Made by a program: the position numbers and the translations under genes. The notes beneath the pieces are model-generated. The model saw only the letters and a list, made by a program, of their open reading frames with translations, had not been told where the DNA came from and searched no databases. Positions 39,384 to 52,128 of a DNA stretch of 64,000 nt are shown here, piece by piece. How positions within the stretch are numbered: position 1 is the first letter of the stretch; each line of letters starts with the position of its first letter. This stretch comes from Eledone cirrhosa (lineage: Eukaryota): contig OZ024740.1 in NCBI GenBank assembly GCA_964016885.1, positions 428,482,001 through 428,546,000 of the forward strand. The letters run 5' to 3'.

Positions 39384-39385
<2 letters not shown>
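37534..39385 (-). mobile_element. Penelope-like element 3' part, same family as 30210-32062
   Basis: ORF 38585-39439: HP.HSKHSFPYSQLLRIRRLCS (RT thumb region) then GIY-YIG LVYGLRC..C..TYVRQTGRRL. Confidence 0.88.
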
Positions 39386-39428
<43 letters not shown>

Positions 39429-39501
39429 CCTGTGTTCAATCTCGGATAACCACAGTAAGTAAAGTACTCAAAACATTAGGAGAGTAGCCATTTCTATTAA
39501 A

Positions 39502-39555
<54 letters not shown>

Positions 39556-39596
39556 AAGAACACAAGAGCGTCTACAACATCAAAAGATTTTTATTG

Positions 39597-39641
39597 GCTA
39601 ACAATGTTTCTTCCTTACGTAACCGTAGGATTCGTCAGAGC
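39597..39641 (-). ncRNA. type I hammerhead (family F)
   Basis: Exact reverse complement of 34069-34113. Confidence 0.75.
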
Positions 39642-40742
39642 TATAAAAGGGGTTTGATTGGTGTTATGGACTCTACCAACCAAACATTCAAGAACAAAGA
39701 GTAAAGAGAGTAAAGAGCAAAAGTAGGGGACGATAAGTCTAATTTTGGTACGGGAGGGTGGGGTGTGGGTCCTTGTTTACTAGCTGCGGTCATATTCATT
39801 CCCGGGAGTCGAGTGGTTAGCTGAACCATAGATGGGGTGGCGTCGATAGTATGGTGCAGAGGGTGCACAGAGGCTACACAAACACAAAGGGCGTACAATA
39901 CATATATATATATAGCGGAGGAGAAAGTACATGAGGTAATTTGAAATGGAAAAAGAGTAATAATAATAATCTATAATTAATAGTGTATAATAAGGCATGG
40001 GGAAGATTACACTATAATAAGGTATAAAAGTAAGAATAAGGTAAATTATAAAGGAGGATAAAAGTGGAAATAATAAAGATAAAAAAATATATATAGAGAA
40101 TATATAAAGAAATATAAGCGAATATTTGGAGGGGAAAACACAATGTAAAAAAACCGATTTTTTCAAATAATAATAAAAATATAATAATTATGGGGGGAGA
40201 AAACAGGATAGAGAAATATGATCAAGTGTGATTAGTTGAGAGAATATAAGATGATAATAGTTATGTCCAGTTTATACATCTTTAAAAAATATAATAAATA
40301 ATATGTGTATCAGAGTTGCAGAACCTTCAATTCACTTACGGGTTCAAGCCACGTGGCATGGTCCATTGTTTATTTGTGCGGTCATGTGCGTTTGTTTTTG
40401 ACACCACAGCAGATGCACAAGTTTGTAAATTCCAATGCAGATAGAAATTTATTTTTGCTCACCCGGAGACCGACTGAGGATCCAATATTCCTAGTTCAAT
40501 ATGTGTTTGGTGTTACTTTGGTCGCACAAATCAATCAATTGGTTCAATATATGGAGTATGGTTTTCTGGTCTTCGTAACAGTGTCAGTGGTTGTATATTT
40601 GGAAATCACAAGGATCACAGTACTCCGGTTTGGTGTGATTATCGGTCATCCAGCTATGTTGTTGGTGGTTGGATTCAAATCTATTCACCCGAACGTTGAA
40701 CTTTGGTGTCGATAGGACATTAACGAAGCAGGGTGAGATCGC

Positions 40743-40776
<34 letters not shown>

Positions 40777-40789
40777 ATATATAGTACAT

Positions 40790-41763
40790 ATAACATCCCT
40801 CACTAGCTATGCTGATGACACAAAGGTAGCACAGGCAATCAAAAACCCGGCTTATGGTGCTCTTTTACAAGATCTGGATGCCATATACAAATGGGTTGAG
40901 TACAACAACATGCGGTTTGATACAGGAAAATTTCAAGCCCTACAATACCAACATGCTAACACAAAGACAATACAACACCGGACCAGGAGGGACCGAAATC
41001 CCAGTATCGAAGTCGGTACGAGACCTGGGGATAGACATGAGTGACGATGCATCTTGTTCTTCACACATAATGAGGGTGGCGACAATGTGCAGACCACTCG
41101 CTGGCCAGATCTTGAGGACTTTCCGGACAAGAGGCCGAGAGACCATGTTCATACTATGGGGGATATTTGTCCTAAGCCGACTGGACTACTGCTCCCAACT
41201 GTGGTCAACCCATAGTGTCAAACTAACCATGGAGCTTGAGGTAATCCTGCGAAGCTGCACCAAGAGGATTGCGACGATGAAGGAGGTAAGCTACTGGAAG
41301 AGGCTAAAAAACTGGACCTCTACTCCTTGGAACGAAGACGGGAGAGATACGCAGTGATATACATATGGAAAATACTGGAGGGACTAGCACCAAGCTTTGG
41401 CATTAAGAGCTGGACCAACCCCTGAACAGGGCGTCACTGTGTGGTACCAAAGGTCCTGCCTTTCACAGCTAGAATAAGGAGCAGATGTTGCAATAACCTG
41501 GGGTTCAAAGGCCCGCAACTCTTCAACAAGCTGCCAAGAAACTTAAGAGATCTGCATGGTCTGGACGTGGATGTTTTCAAGAAACATGTCGACAACCAGA
41601 TGAGCCCACAGCACGGTACGAAGGTAACCTAATGGCGGCAGCAACGAACTCCATCTAGTGTTGGCCAGCTAACATAAGCTGGAGATAGAACGTGTAGCAA
41701 CGAGGACGGTGCCCCAGAATAGCCTCTGTCGGATAGGTGGAACAGGTAAAAGAGTAAAAGAGA
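40790..41763 (+). mobile_element. CR1-like LINE 3' fragment (decayed RT)
   Basis: SYADDTK, LQDLDAIYKW..NNM.F, VRDLGI, SRLDYCSQLWS, LYSLERRRERY; tail gaacaggtaaaagagtaaaagag. Confidence 0.85.
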
Positions 41764-41786
41764 ATATATGTATATATATTCTCTTT

Positions 41787-41877
<91 letters not shown>

Positions 41878-41985
41878 CATATACACATACATGCAAACAT
41901 GACTTCATGCATTTATACATACATTAACAACTTTTACCGCATTTTACTCTCCAATTCATATAAATTACACGACTCTAATACACAA

Positions 41986-42016
<31 letters not shown>

Positions 42017-42171
42017 CACACACACATATATATAAGTATACATATATATATACATATATATATATATACATATATATATGTATACATATATATATGTATA
42101 CATATATATATATGTATATAAAAAGGAAAAAAAAATATTTTTCTTCCTAATAATCGTCTCTGTCTCCCTGT

Positions 42172-42212
<41 letters not shown>

Positions 42213-42799
42213 CATGTATATATGTATATATAACTATATATATATAAATGCAGAAGTTATTGACATTTATTTTGCTTGTTTTATTAAATATTTCATGAAC
42301 ATATATTTGTTGCAGTGAACAATCCGGTGCAGAGGTGGATGGGGCCATTCTTCTGCAATAAAATGCCTCTTAAACTACAATAAATGACAAGACATGACAC
42401 TGTTAGCAGTGATATAATTCCCATAATACGTATTCTAATGAGATATGAAACTATCGTAAAAACCTATTGTTAATTGTCTATAATGGAGAATAGCGAATGT
42501 AATGTGGATGTTATTATATGTGGGTTTCATATTTTAATTGATGTGACTGCCAAAGGTCTGATTTTTCTGTCAAATGAAGCATGAAATCTGTTTGAATAAA
42601 ACCTGGCGTTGTTATTACTGAGGATATAACATAAATGAAACATTCTAGAAAGCTCCAAGTAAGAATATCTTTGTTATTGAGGGTGGTTGTTAATGTTTGG
42701 TTTAGTTGGATAGGTTGCTGATGATGATGGTGATGATGACGACGACGATAAGTAGGAAGAGAAGTATTAAAAAGGGGGAAAGAGAGGAGGAGGGTGGAG

Positions 42800-42802
<3 letters not shown>

Positions 42803-42832
<30 letters not shown>

Positions 42833-42906
42833 AAGAAGAAGAAGAAGAAGAAGAAGAAGAAGAAGAAGAAGAAGAAGAAGAAGAAGAAGAAGAAGAAGAA
42901 GAAGAA
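42803..42906. repeat. (AAG)n microsatellite
   Basis: Directly visible. Confidence 0.97.
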
Positions 42907-44550
42907 AATAATGATGATGACACTCAGATAATCATGAGCCACGAATGGAGCCCCTAACCTGACGTTTGACCTGCTAGATATCACAACCATTTCTCCCTCC
43001 TACATATACAAAGATGGTTACAATGGAAAATGTAGTCCATGATATCTATATATCTAAAACACAGAATGTCTGTCTGTCCAATCACTAAAACTCGAGAACC
43101 ACCCAACCCATTGTTTTCAAACTTTACACATATGGTCCTGTGAGTGTTCTGAGCAAATCATATTTCAAATGTTCAATGCCCTATGGACCGCATTAGGCGA
43201 TTTAGCGATCTCTCTCTCTCTTAGTCTTTCTCTTTTTATATAGATACAGAGATATAACGTTGCGCCCTTATAATATCTGACTGTATGTCTGGCTGTCTGC
43301 GTTACGACATTATGGCGTAGCTGTGTGTGTTTGTGTATATATGTATATATAGTGTGTGTATATATATGGTGTGTAACGGCTTTCGAAATATTTACTTCTG
43401 CGTTCACAGATTGATTTTTTTATTTTATTTTCAGAAGATCCCGTTAAGGGTGAAAGCAGCGATACTTTGCTTGAAGCTCTTGCTCGAAGTGGATTTGTCG
43501 ATAAGGTAGCATATACGGAGTACGAAAATAGACCTAGTAGAAATAGATCCCGTCGCATTTGTTGGTATAACCCACCATATAATATGGAGGTGGCCACACC
43601 ATTAGCTAAGATCTTTCTTTCCCTTATTACGAAGCATTTTCCCCCTACACATAAATATAGTAAAATTTTTAATAGAAATACTATTAAAATTTCTTACTCT
43701 ACGACTCCTAACCTTGCACATAACATCTCAGCTTCAAATTTAGCTAAACTACCTGGCCGTAGGAACAAGTGCAACCCTGTAGTTGGTACTAACTGTAATT
43801 GTAGGAATCGGGTTGATTGCCCCCTATCCGGGAAATGCCTCTCTAGTAACATTGTCTACAAATGTAAGGTTGTAACACCCACGTCCCGTAGGGCCTACAT
43901 AGGGTTAACCGCCAATAGATTCAAGCAGCGTCTTTACATGCATACCCATTCTTTTCGTTACCCTATAAGAAGGAATATGACGTCACTTTCAGCTTATATC
44001 TGGAGTCTAAAAGACAACCACCCCCAATATAAGTTACACTGGGATATCCTAGCTAGGGCTAGATCGTATAACGGAAATAAAAGACCATGTGACTTCTACG
44101 CCGCTGAGGCCCTGGAAATACTCTACGCCACAGACCACATCTTAAACAAAAAGTCCGAGGCAATTTCGGCTTGTAAACATAAATTGCACAAAACTTTCAT
44201 GCATTACAGCCCCACGTTATACCCTAACGGATAATACGATCTATACGTGGATATTTTACGTTTTGATGTGGGAGATAAGTATATGTTTTGTTTATACCAT
44301 TACTTATTTGCATAGGTAAGTATATATTACCCGTATGTTTTGTGAAGGTACGTACCTTCTCGTACGTATATTTGATTGTGTATGTTATGGCGTATAATTT
44401 TATATATTCTGGTACATATGGTTTGGCTCTGTGTATACGGGAGTTTCGCGTCTGTGTGAGTATGCAGGTTCGTACGTATGTAGGGTGTGTGTATATGTGT
44501 ACTTCATGTTTTGGTTGACTTATGTCTCCGAACATTCGTGTATTTACATG

Positions 44551-44789
44551 AGAGCTCAATTTGCTGGCCACTGTCACCGTGCCAGCAATGAAATCATATC
44601 CGCTCTCTTGCTCTGGAACCCTGACTCCAGCCTGACTAGGAGTAGGAAGCTGTCATTCCCTGACGTTATCTCTAGGGATACGGGAATCAGCAGACAGGAC
44701 CTGGGGGCAGCGATGGGGGACAGGGGATTCCGAGGCATGAGAGTGAGATCCATCATCTCGACAGTAGTCGACGAGTGGTGATGATGATG
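44551..44789 (+). mobile_element. RTE-X-like LINE 3' fragment nested in the Penelope 3'UTR
   Basis: R.QFAGHCHR.SNEIIS.LLLW.P...AM.DR; (TGA)n tail; TSD atttacatg at 44542-44550 and 44790-44798. Confidence 0.75.
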
Positions 44790-45419
44790 ATTTACATGTA
44801 GGTATGTGTGTCCGCTTGTTATATACGTATTTATTTATTTATATACGGTTATATATTTATTTATTTATTTGTATACACGCATACACACACACACATATTT
44901 ATATGCGCGTGGTTTTGTATACCTATGGTAATTGTTTTGCGTATGCTTGTGTATGTACGTATTTGTTTGCGTGTATGTATTTATTTATTTCTATTACTTC
45001 TGTATTGTATTTATTTACTTTGTTCTTAACTTTGTAGCGGAGATTCATTCGGTCTCCTAGTTAGAATTTTAGTCTACGACTTCTGCTATACCATTTACGT
45101 GGTTTTGTCTTTGCGTGCTATTGTTCTCTACGCTCCACTTATGACGTATTATCTTCGTTTTTTTTTCGTTCATTGCCCGAGAACGTCTCTATGAACCACC
45201 TAAGAGAACATTAGTCTACGACCTCTTTTATACCATTAACGTGGTTTTGTCTTTGCGCGTAATTGTTTTTCACCGCTCCTATTAATGACGTATTATATTC
45301 GTTTTTTCCCGTTCTTAGCCAGCGAACGTTTCCACGAACCAAAGTATCGTCTCCCTGTCTTCCTCCGGTTGCAACGTTTTTTGAAATATCCACTTCTGCG
45401 TTTACAGATTGACTTTGTT

Positions 45420-45470
45420 AGTTTCAGAAGATCCCGTTAAGGGTGAAAGCAGCGATTCTTTGCTTAAACT
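45420..45470 (+). ncRNA. hammerhead-like motif with CAGAAGA core; second copy at 43429-43475
   Basis: agttt-CAGAAGA-tccc-gttaa-gggt-GAAA-GCAG-cgattct-TTGC-TT-aaact. Confidence 0.65.
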
Positions 45471-45994
45471 TTAATCTGTTATTTTAATAAATATATATAT
45501 ATATATATATACATAAGAAACAGTATGATCCCGACGGCAGAGCTCAAGACGTTTCGACGGCTATTTCTGGACTGTAGTCCAGAAATAGCCGTCGAAACGG
45601 CTTGTGGTCTGCCGTCGGGGGTCATAATTTTTCTTATTTCCCACTCTACTACCCTAAATATTGAGTACTCTGGTGCGTTATAGTCCATCTGATTTCTTAC
45701 CACAATTCCTTTGACATAGTAGATGGATAAGATTCAGTCATCGTAGTGAGTAATATATGACAAAATCCAATATTTATATACCTTAATATTGAAAACATGA
45801 GAAAAACATATAATACATACAATAGAGAGGGTGCGTGTGAGAAATAAAAAAAAATACATGGCAGCAATATAACTGTTAAATAATTTAAATTACTCAAGAA
45901 GGAGGGAAGAAAAGAAAGGCATAGAGGAAGAAACAGATGAGGGGATAATATATAACTCATTCTTTGATTTATTCATTGAACCTTGTTTAACCTT

Positions 45995-46034
<40 letters not shown>

Positions 46035-46044
<10 letters not shown>

Positions 46045-46531
46045 TAAACGGAATAGAAAATGCTGACAAATTGTTCACAGTTGAAAAATGGTTTAATTAG
46101 GAATAAAAGAGTATTAGTGATTGTATGGGTTAGTATTCAGTTGTGGTTTTAAGTTTTTAAGTTTTTACCGGTTGCGCATTTCTAAATGCTTTTCAAAAAT
46201 AATTTTGAGATAGAGTGTCCGTGCTGTTTGCTCTGATCTGATTAGTTTTGGGAATTCTACCTGTTTTTATGTTAAAAAAATGGCTCCAGCGTTATTTTTG
46301 TGTTGCAAAAATGCTTGTGGTCAAAATAATTTTGATTGGTCGGTAGAGGTCATGTGAATGTAAAAAGTTGATTTTGCGCCAAGACTGTTTTTATGTTAAA
46401 ATGTTAGAAAAGTGGCTCCAGCAAAAATTATTGGTCAAAACAATTTTGATTGGTCGGTAGAGGTCATGTGGATAAAAAATTGGTTTTGCGCCAAGATTGA
46501 GAAATGACTCTTTCACAACAAATATGTGTGA

Positions 46532-46621
<90 letters not shown>

Positions 46622-46690
46622 TAGTAATAGTAAGGTGTTCGATGCTGCGACAATAGCCACCAGCGATGTGTGTCAAATGGCTATTAAGAT

Positions 46691-46729
<39 letters not shown>

Positions 46730-46932
46730 TACATACACACAGCAGAGTCATTCGAAGCTCAAAATTATTTTTGAAAAGCATTTAGAAATGCGCAACCGGT
46801 AAAAACTTAAAAACTTAAAACCACAACTGAATACTAACCCATACAATCACTAATACTCTTTTATTCCTAATTAAACCATTTTTCAACTGTGAACAATTTG
46901 TCAGCATTTTCTATTCCGTTTACCAATATATA
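46035..46932. mobile_element. module with 175-bp inverted terminal repeats (46035-46209, 46758-46932), each holding a U3-A8 hammerhead-like motif
   Basis: ttt-TTGAAAA-gcattt-ag-aaatgc-GCAA-CCGG-TA-aaa at 46768-46804 (+) and 46163-46199 (-); internal about 125-bp tandem duplication at 46260-46496. Confidence 0.7.
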
Positions 46933-46961
46933 ATAACTTGTGTGTTACACCTCTATTCTTT

Positions 46962-47017
<56 letters not shown>

Positions 47018-47522
47018 TATATTTATGGACAGATATTTTTGCATACACAATAACAAAATATAAACAAACGTATTTATTTCACGCGGCTCGATAAGGATAA
47101 ATATATATCAAATATATAAGAACCCTAGAGCAAATCCCGAGCAACGCCGGGCCATTCTGCTAGTACTAAATAAAAGTGGGCTAGTGACCGTTGAAACATT
47201 TTTGACTGAACCCATCAAAGATCTACATGTTGAGGGCTGACCAGGGGTAAACCTACAATAATTATATCCCTAAAGGAGGGTCATTCGACTAATTATAACG
47301 ACTCCTTGACTATCATGTTGCTGCTACTTGTTCAAACTCCCTAATTTTTAAATAAACACGTGTATTTTTGATAATATATTCATGGCGGACAAACCTCTGA
47401 ACAAAGGTCTTCTTGGGTCGGCTGAAAATTCAGAATCTGTCTATGATGGAATGATGCTAGAGCTGCGAAATCTTTCATGCATTAATATTTCAACTCTTCT
47501 TATTAATAATTGCGCTGTTTAT

Positions 47523-47603
<81 letters not shown>

Positions 47604-47979
47604 TAGAGTCTGCAGTGTCGAGATGATATTCACCAGTCATAATATCGCTGCCATGATGTTTGTTCTCAACTATAAAATACATTAACAAACTGAGAACGAC
47701 AGAATGTATAAGGTTGAGATAGAATCATTATTGGCAGTGTCGGTAGAGGGTCGGACGCCATGCCTTGCCATTCTGAGTTCAAATCCCGCCGAGGTTAGCT
47801 TTGCCTTTCATCCTTACGTGGTCGATAAAATAAAGTACCAGTAATGTACTGGGTAATTGCTGGCCTTGTGCCAAAAGTAGAAACAATTATTAATTTAAAT
47901 AAATAAATAATTATTAAACAACCATAAAAATATATAACTAATCATTAGTTTAAAAGAAAGAAAGACAAATTAAACTCAA

Positions 47980-48815
47980 ATACACACATCTTTGCACAAT
48001 AAGTTAACTCTATAGGTGGTGGGATACACACATCTTTGCACAATAAGTTAACTCTATAGGTGGTGGGATACACACATCTTTGAACAATAAGTTAAACCTA
48101 TAGGCTGTGTGATACACACATCTTTGCACAATAAGTTAACTCTATAGGTGGTGGGATACACACATCTTTGAACAATAAGTTAAACCTATAGGCTGTGTGA
48201 TACACACATCTTTGCACAATAAGTTAACTCTATAGGTGGTGGGATACACACATCTTTGATCAATAAGTTAACCCCTATAGGCTGTGGGATACACAGATCG
48301 TTGGACAATAAGTTAACCTTATAGGCGGTGGGATAAACAGATCTTTGAACAATAAGTTAACCCCTATAGACGGTGTGATACACACATCTTTGAACAATAA
48401 GTTAACCCTATAGGCGGTGGGATACACACATCTTTGGACAATAAGTTAACCCTATATGCTGTGGGATACACATATCTTTGGACAATAAGTTAACCCTATA
48501 TGCTGTGGGATACACATATCTTTGGACAATAAGTTAACCCAATAGGTGATGGGATACACACATCTTTGGACAATAAGTTAACCCTATAGGCGGTGGGATA
48601 CACACATCTTTGGACAATAGGTTAACCCTATAGGCGGTAGGCTACATACATCTTTGGACAATAGGTTAACCCTATAGGCGGTAGGCTACATACATCTTTG
48701 GACAATAGGTTAACCCTATAGGCGGTAGGCTACATACATCTTTGGACAATAGGTTAACCCCTATAAGCTGTGGGATACACATATCTTTGGACAATAAGTT
48801 AACCCCATAGGCTGT
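47980..48815. repeat. 44-bp minisatellite, about 19 units
   Basis: Unit atacacacatctttg(c/a/g)acaataagttaac(t/c)ctataggNggtggg with no spacers. Confidence 0.95.
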
Positions 48816-48829
48816 GTATATATATACAT

Positions 48830-49075
48830 ACTACTGTACGTCTGTATATATATATGAAACTAGTACATCGTTCCTTTGTCAGTGTTGAACAAAAGGGCAA
48901 CGATGGTTGCTAAACACTGTACGGCTTAATTCGGGATGTTTGTTTACAAACACACCGGGCATTATAATAAATGTTCGGTAAATCCATACGTACATGTATA
49001 TATGTGTGCATGTATGTATATATATACATACTACTGTATGTCTGTATACATATATGTACGTACGTATACATACTT
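48830..49075 (+). repeat. structured dispersed repeat (family C); inverted copy at 52185-52390
   Basis: gtcagtgttgaacaaa...gcaacgatggttgct..acactgtacggcttaattcgggatg shared between copies. Confidence 0.75.
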
Positions 49076-49102
49076 ATATATATATATATTTATATATATA
49101 TA

Positions 49103-49167
<65 letters not shown>

Positions 49168-49818
49168 CATAGCTATATATATATATATACATACTTATGT
49201 ATTCATATATATCTTTACACACACACACACAAACACACGCGCACGCACACACACAATCACACACAAACACACACACACACACCTACACAAGCACTAAAAC
49301 CTGCTACTCTACAGTATATCTATAAAATAGAAATGAGACAAAGACTCACGTGAGTAGCTGTGAATTACCTTATAAATAACATTACATGAAACAAACTTGT
49401 CGGCATATATATTTTTATATATTTCCAAGCGCTCTTTACACATTAATTATATATATTAGCCACGTCCCTGAGAATTCTAATGAGTATTGTTAAATAATAT
49501 TTTCATTATTCAACTTCCTAAGTGTAATATTAGAGACCGTCAATAGAATGGTGAACAGAGGGGAATGGTCGCTACTGACTCACCTAGTATTTACATACCA
49601 TTCATTCTGAATGTACTATCACGAGACAAGCAAGGAACAAAACCACATATAAACCAGATATGTAATGTGAGTGTGTATATGTATTTGTATATGTCTGTAT
49701 ATGTTTTTATGTGTGTGTGTGTGTGTGTGTGTATCTATATATATGCGTATGTATATGTGTATGTCCGTGTACATGTATGTTTGTATATATATATATGTGT
49801 GTGTGTGTGTGCGTGTGC

Positions 49819-49901
<83 letters not shown>

Positions 49902-50099
49902 TTTCTTCTTTTATCTGAATGTGTGAATGTGTGTATATGTATGTCTTTTTCTATATTGCTATTATATAGTTGGGTTTTTTTTTTTTATATTATTTTTCTT
50001 ACGCTTCTTTTCTTATGTATATTTCCCGTTATTTTTCCAGCCTAACTTCCAAGTTTTAACAGATTTTAAATCTCATTTCATATTTTTTATCTATAACAT

Positions 50100-50163
50100 C
50101 TGTCTGACGAACGATCCAGACGTATATTATTGTCGACTGTGATCCAGAAACCTTTGGTAATGG
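50100..50163 (+). ncRNA. type I hammerhead with extended stem II
   Basis: ctgt-CTGACGA-acgatccag...ctgtgatcca-GAAA-CCTTTGG-TA-atgg. Confidence 0.6.
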
Positions 50164-50197
50164 AGTAGTTATATTGTGTTGTTCAATTTCTAAGTAA

Positions 50198-50241
<44 letters not shown>

Positions 50242-50361
50242 GGAGAGAATACGAAAACAAATATACATACATTCATACACATTTGCGCACAGCAAAACAA
50301 ATACACACTGTGATACATGCTTTCACATAGTCACCAACAGACACACAAACATACACACATT

Positions 50362-50423
<62 letters not shown>

Positions 50424-50424
50424 G

Positions 50425-50645
50425 TGAAGGCGCATGGCTTAGTGGTTAGAGCATTGGGCTTGCAGTCGAAAGGTTTTGAGTTCAATTCTCGGATCGAGTG
50501 ATGTGTTGTTTCCTTGAGCAAGACACTTTCACATTGCTCCAGTTTACTCAGCTGTAGAAATGAGTACCGGCCTGCCCGCCCAGCCAGTGGGGTGGCGTTA
50601 TCTTATGGCTAAAACAGCGATTGGCGCCCGACAGACTGGTCGGTC
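50425..50645 (+). mobile_element. tRNA-derived SINE
   Basis: ggcgcatggcttagtggttagagc (A box), gagttcaattc (B box), ccttgagcaagacacttt. Confidence 0.8.
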
Positions 50646-51854
50646 AAGATGATATATATATATATATTTATATATATAGGAAAATGTTTGACCCCGACGG
50701 CAGACCTCAAGCCGTTTCGACTACTATATCTGGACTATAGCCGTCGAAACGGCTTGAGCTCTGCCGTCGGGGTCAAGCATTTTCCTATTACCCACTCCAC
50801 TAGTATTGAGTACTCTGGTGCGTTATGGCCCATCTGGTTCCTTACCACACCTCCTTCGTTATATATGGCGCGAATTCCTTTGTTTGAATTCAACTACCAA
50901 AGCCACGTGTTATGGTCTGCGAGAAATTCTTCCTCTTTTCATTAGAGGTGAAGTGAGGGATTGCCGTGGAATGCCAGATAGCTTATCTAGTAGTGACGGC
51001 TTACCCACACTGAAAGGAACTATCGTATGATTTGGGAAACTCTGCTGAAGACGTGTAATAGCCCGATTACGTAAATATCTGCTGATTTTGCGTGATTTTC
51101 TGAACATTGCAGAAGTAATATCTGCAGTTGTAAAGATGTCGTCCAGGAGATGAGATATTTACATCTATTTCTAACTAAACACAGCCAACTGTTTACAGTT
51201 AACTAACTGTGTGCACTCTGAACACTTGATTGCAGCTGCAGTACAGCAATTCGCCAGATTATTTGAGTGAGCTAGACGCTCCCTCTATTTTATTATATTA
51301 TATATATATCATGTCCCACCCACCACCACCACCACCAGGCACATCGCCATACTTCCACAACCATCAACATTACCAACACATATCATCCTTCCCTAAACAA
51401 CGCATGTCTGTGTGTCTGTGTGTAAGTATATTTGTACAACGCCATCTCCACTGGCTCTATATATATACACATGTGTATGTATACAACGTATTTGTCAGAC
51501 TAAGTGTGTCTATATATGTATCTCCGTATGGAAATGAAACCACGAACACAATCATCACACCACCATAAACACCGCAATTTTTCATCTTTATCACAACACC
51601 ACACCCACACCACACACAAAAATCAGCCACATCTACGAACCAAACTGTCTACCGACAACCAGCAACCCCCACATCACCGCCCACTTCAACCTGCGACCGA
51701 CACCACCAACTTATCACCACACCACCCCTACATACACTACAGGCAAAAACATCCCTGTAAATTAATCACCAATCAAAACAAACTTTAATGACCACCATAG
51801 GAACTTGTGACTTTATCTTACAGCATGTATTCATTTTTCTATTAACATTACAAG

Positions 51855-51940
51855 GGCTCTGACGAGCCGCGGATTACAGAGTCGGGTCAGATCGATACAG
51901 ATCGAACCTTGAGCTGATCAGTGGCGAAACGCGCGTCACC
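51855..51940 (+). ncRNA. type I hammerhead with 60-nt stem II
   Basis: ggct-CTGACGA-gccgc...gtggc-GAAA-CGCGCG-TC-acc, then AATAAA at 51945; stem I imperfect. Confidence 0.7.
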
Positions 51941-52094
51941 AACCAATAAACGTAATGAAGGAGTACCCAATCGGCCTTGTTATCTTATTTCACTATAATA
52001 CACTCTGTCTAACTCTACACCTCGACACTGAAGTGAACCTAAACATCGAGTGCTCACCCAGGTGAACCTACAGTAACTCCAAGTTACACTCCCT

Positions 52095-52128
<34 letters not shown>

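Larger units (their letters stand above)
43370..45470 (+). mobile_element. Penelope-like element 3' part bracketed by direct terminal repeats (43370-43475, 45370-45470)
   Basis: ORF 43467-44234: WYNPPY, KIFNRNTIKISYS..PN, CNCR...CPL.G.C...NIVYKC, AYIGLT..FKQR..H..SF. Confidence 0.9.
43045..47163 (+). mobile_element. possible Helitron-like element expanded by nested insertions
   Basis: A|TCTATATATCTAAAA...(tgtc)n at 43045; cccgagc-aac-gccggg hairpin then CTAG|T at 47160. Pairing of the two ends is inferred. Confidence 0.4.

Noticed and set aside
47980-48815. CRISPR-like periodicity
   Set aside because: Units are contiguous with no unique spacers, there are no cas genes, and the context is eukaryotic.
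50425-50495. tRNA gene
   Set aside because: A and B boxes are present but there is no proper cloverleaf and it continues into a SINE body; same for 6000-6060 and 28265-28330.
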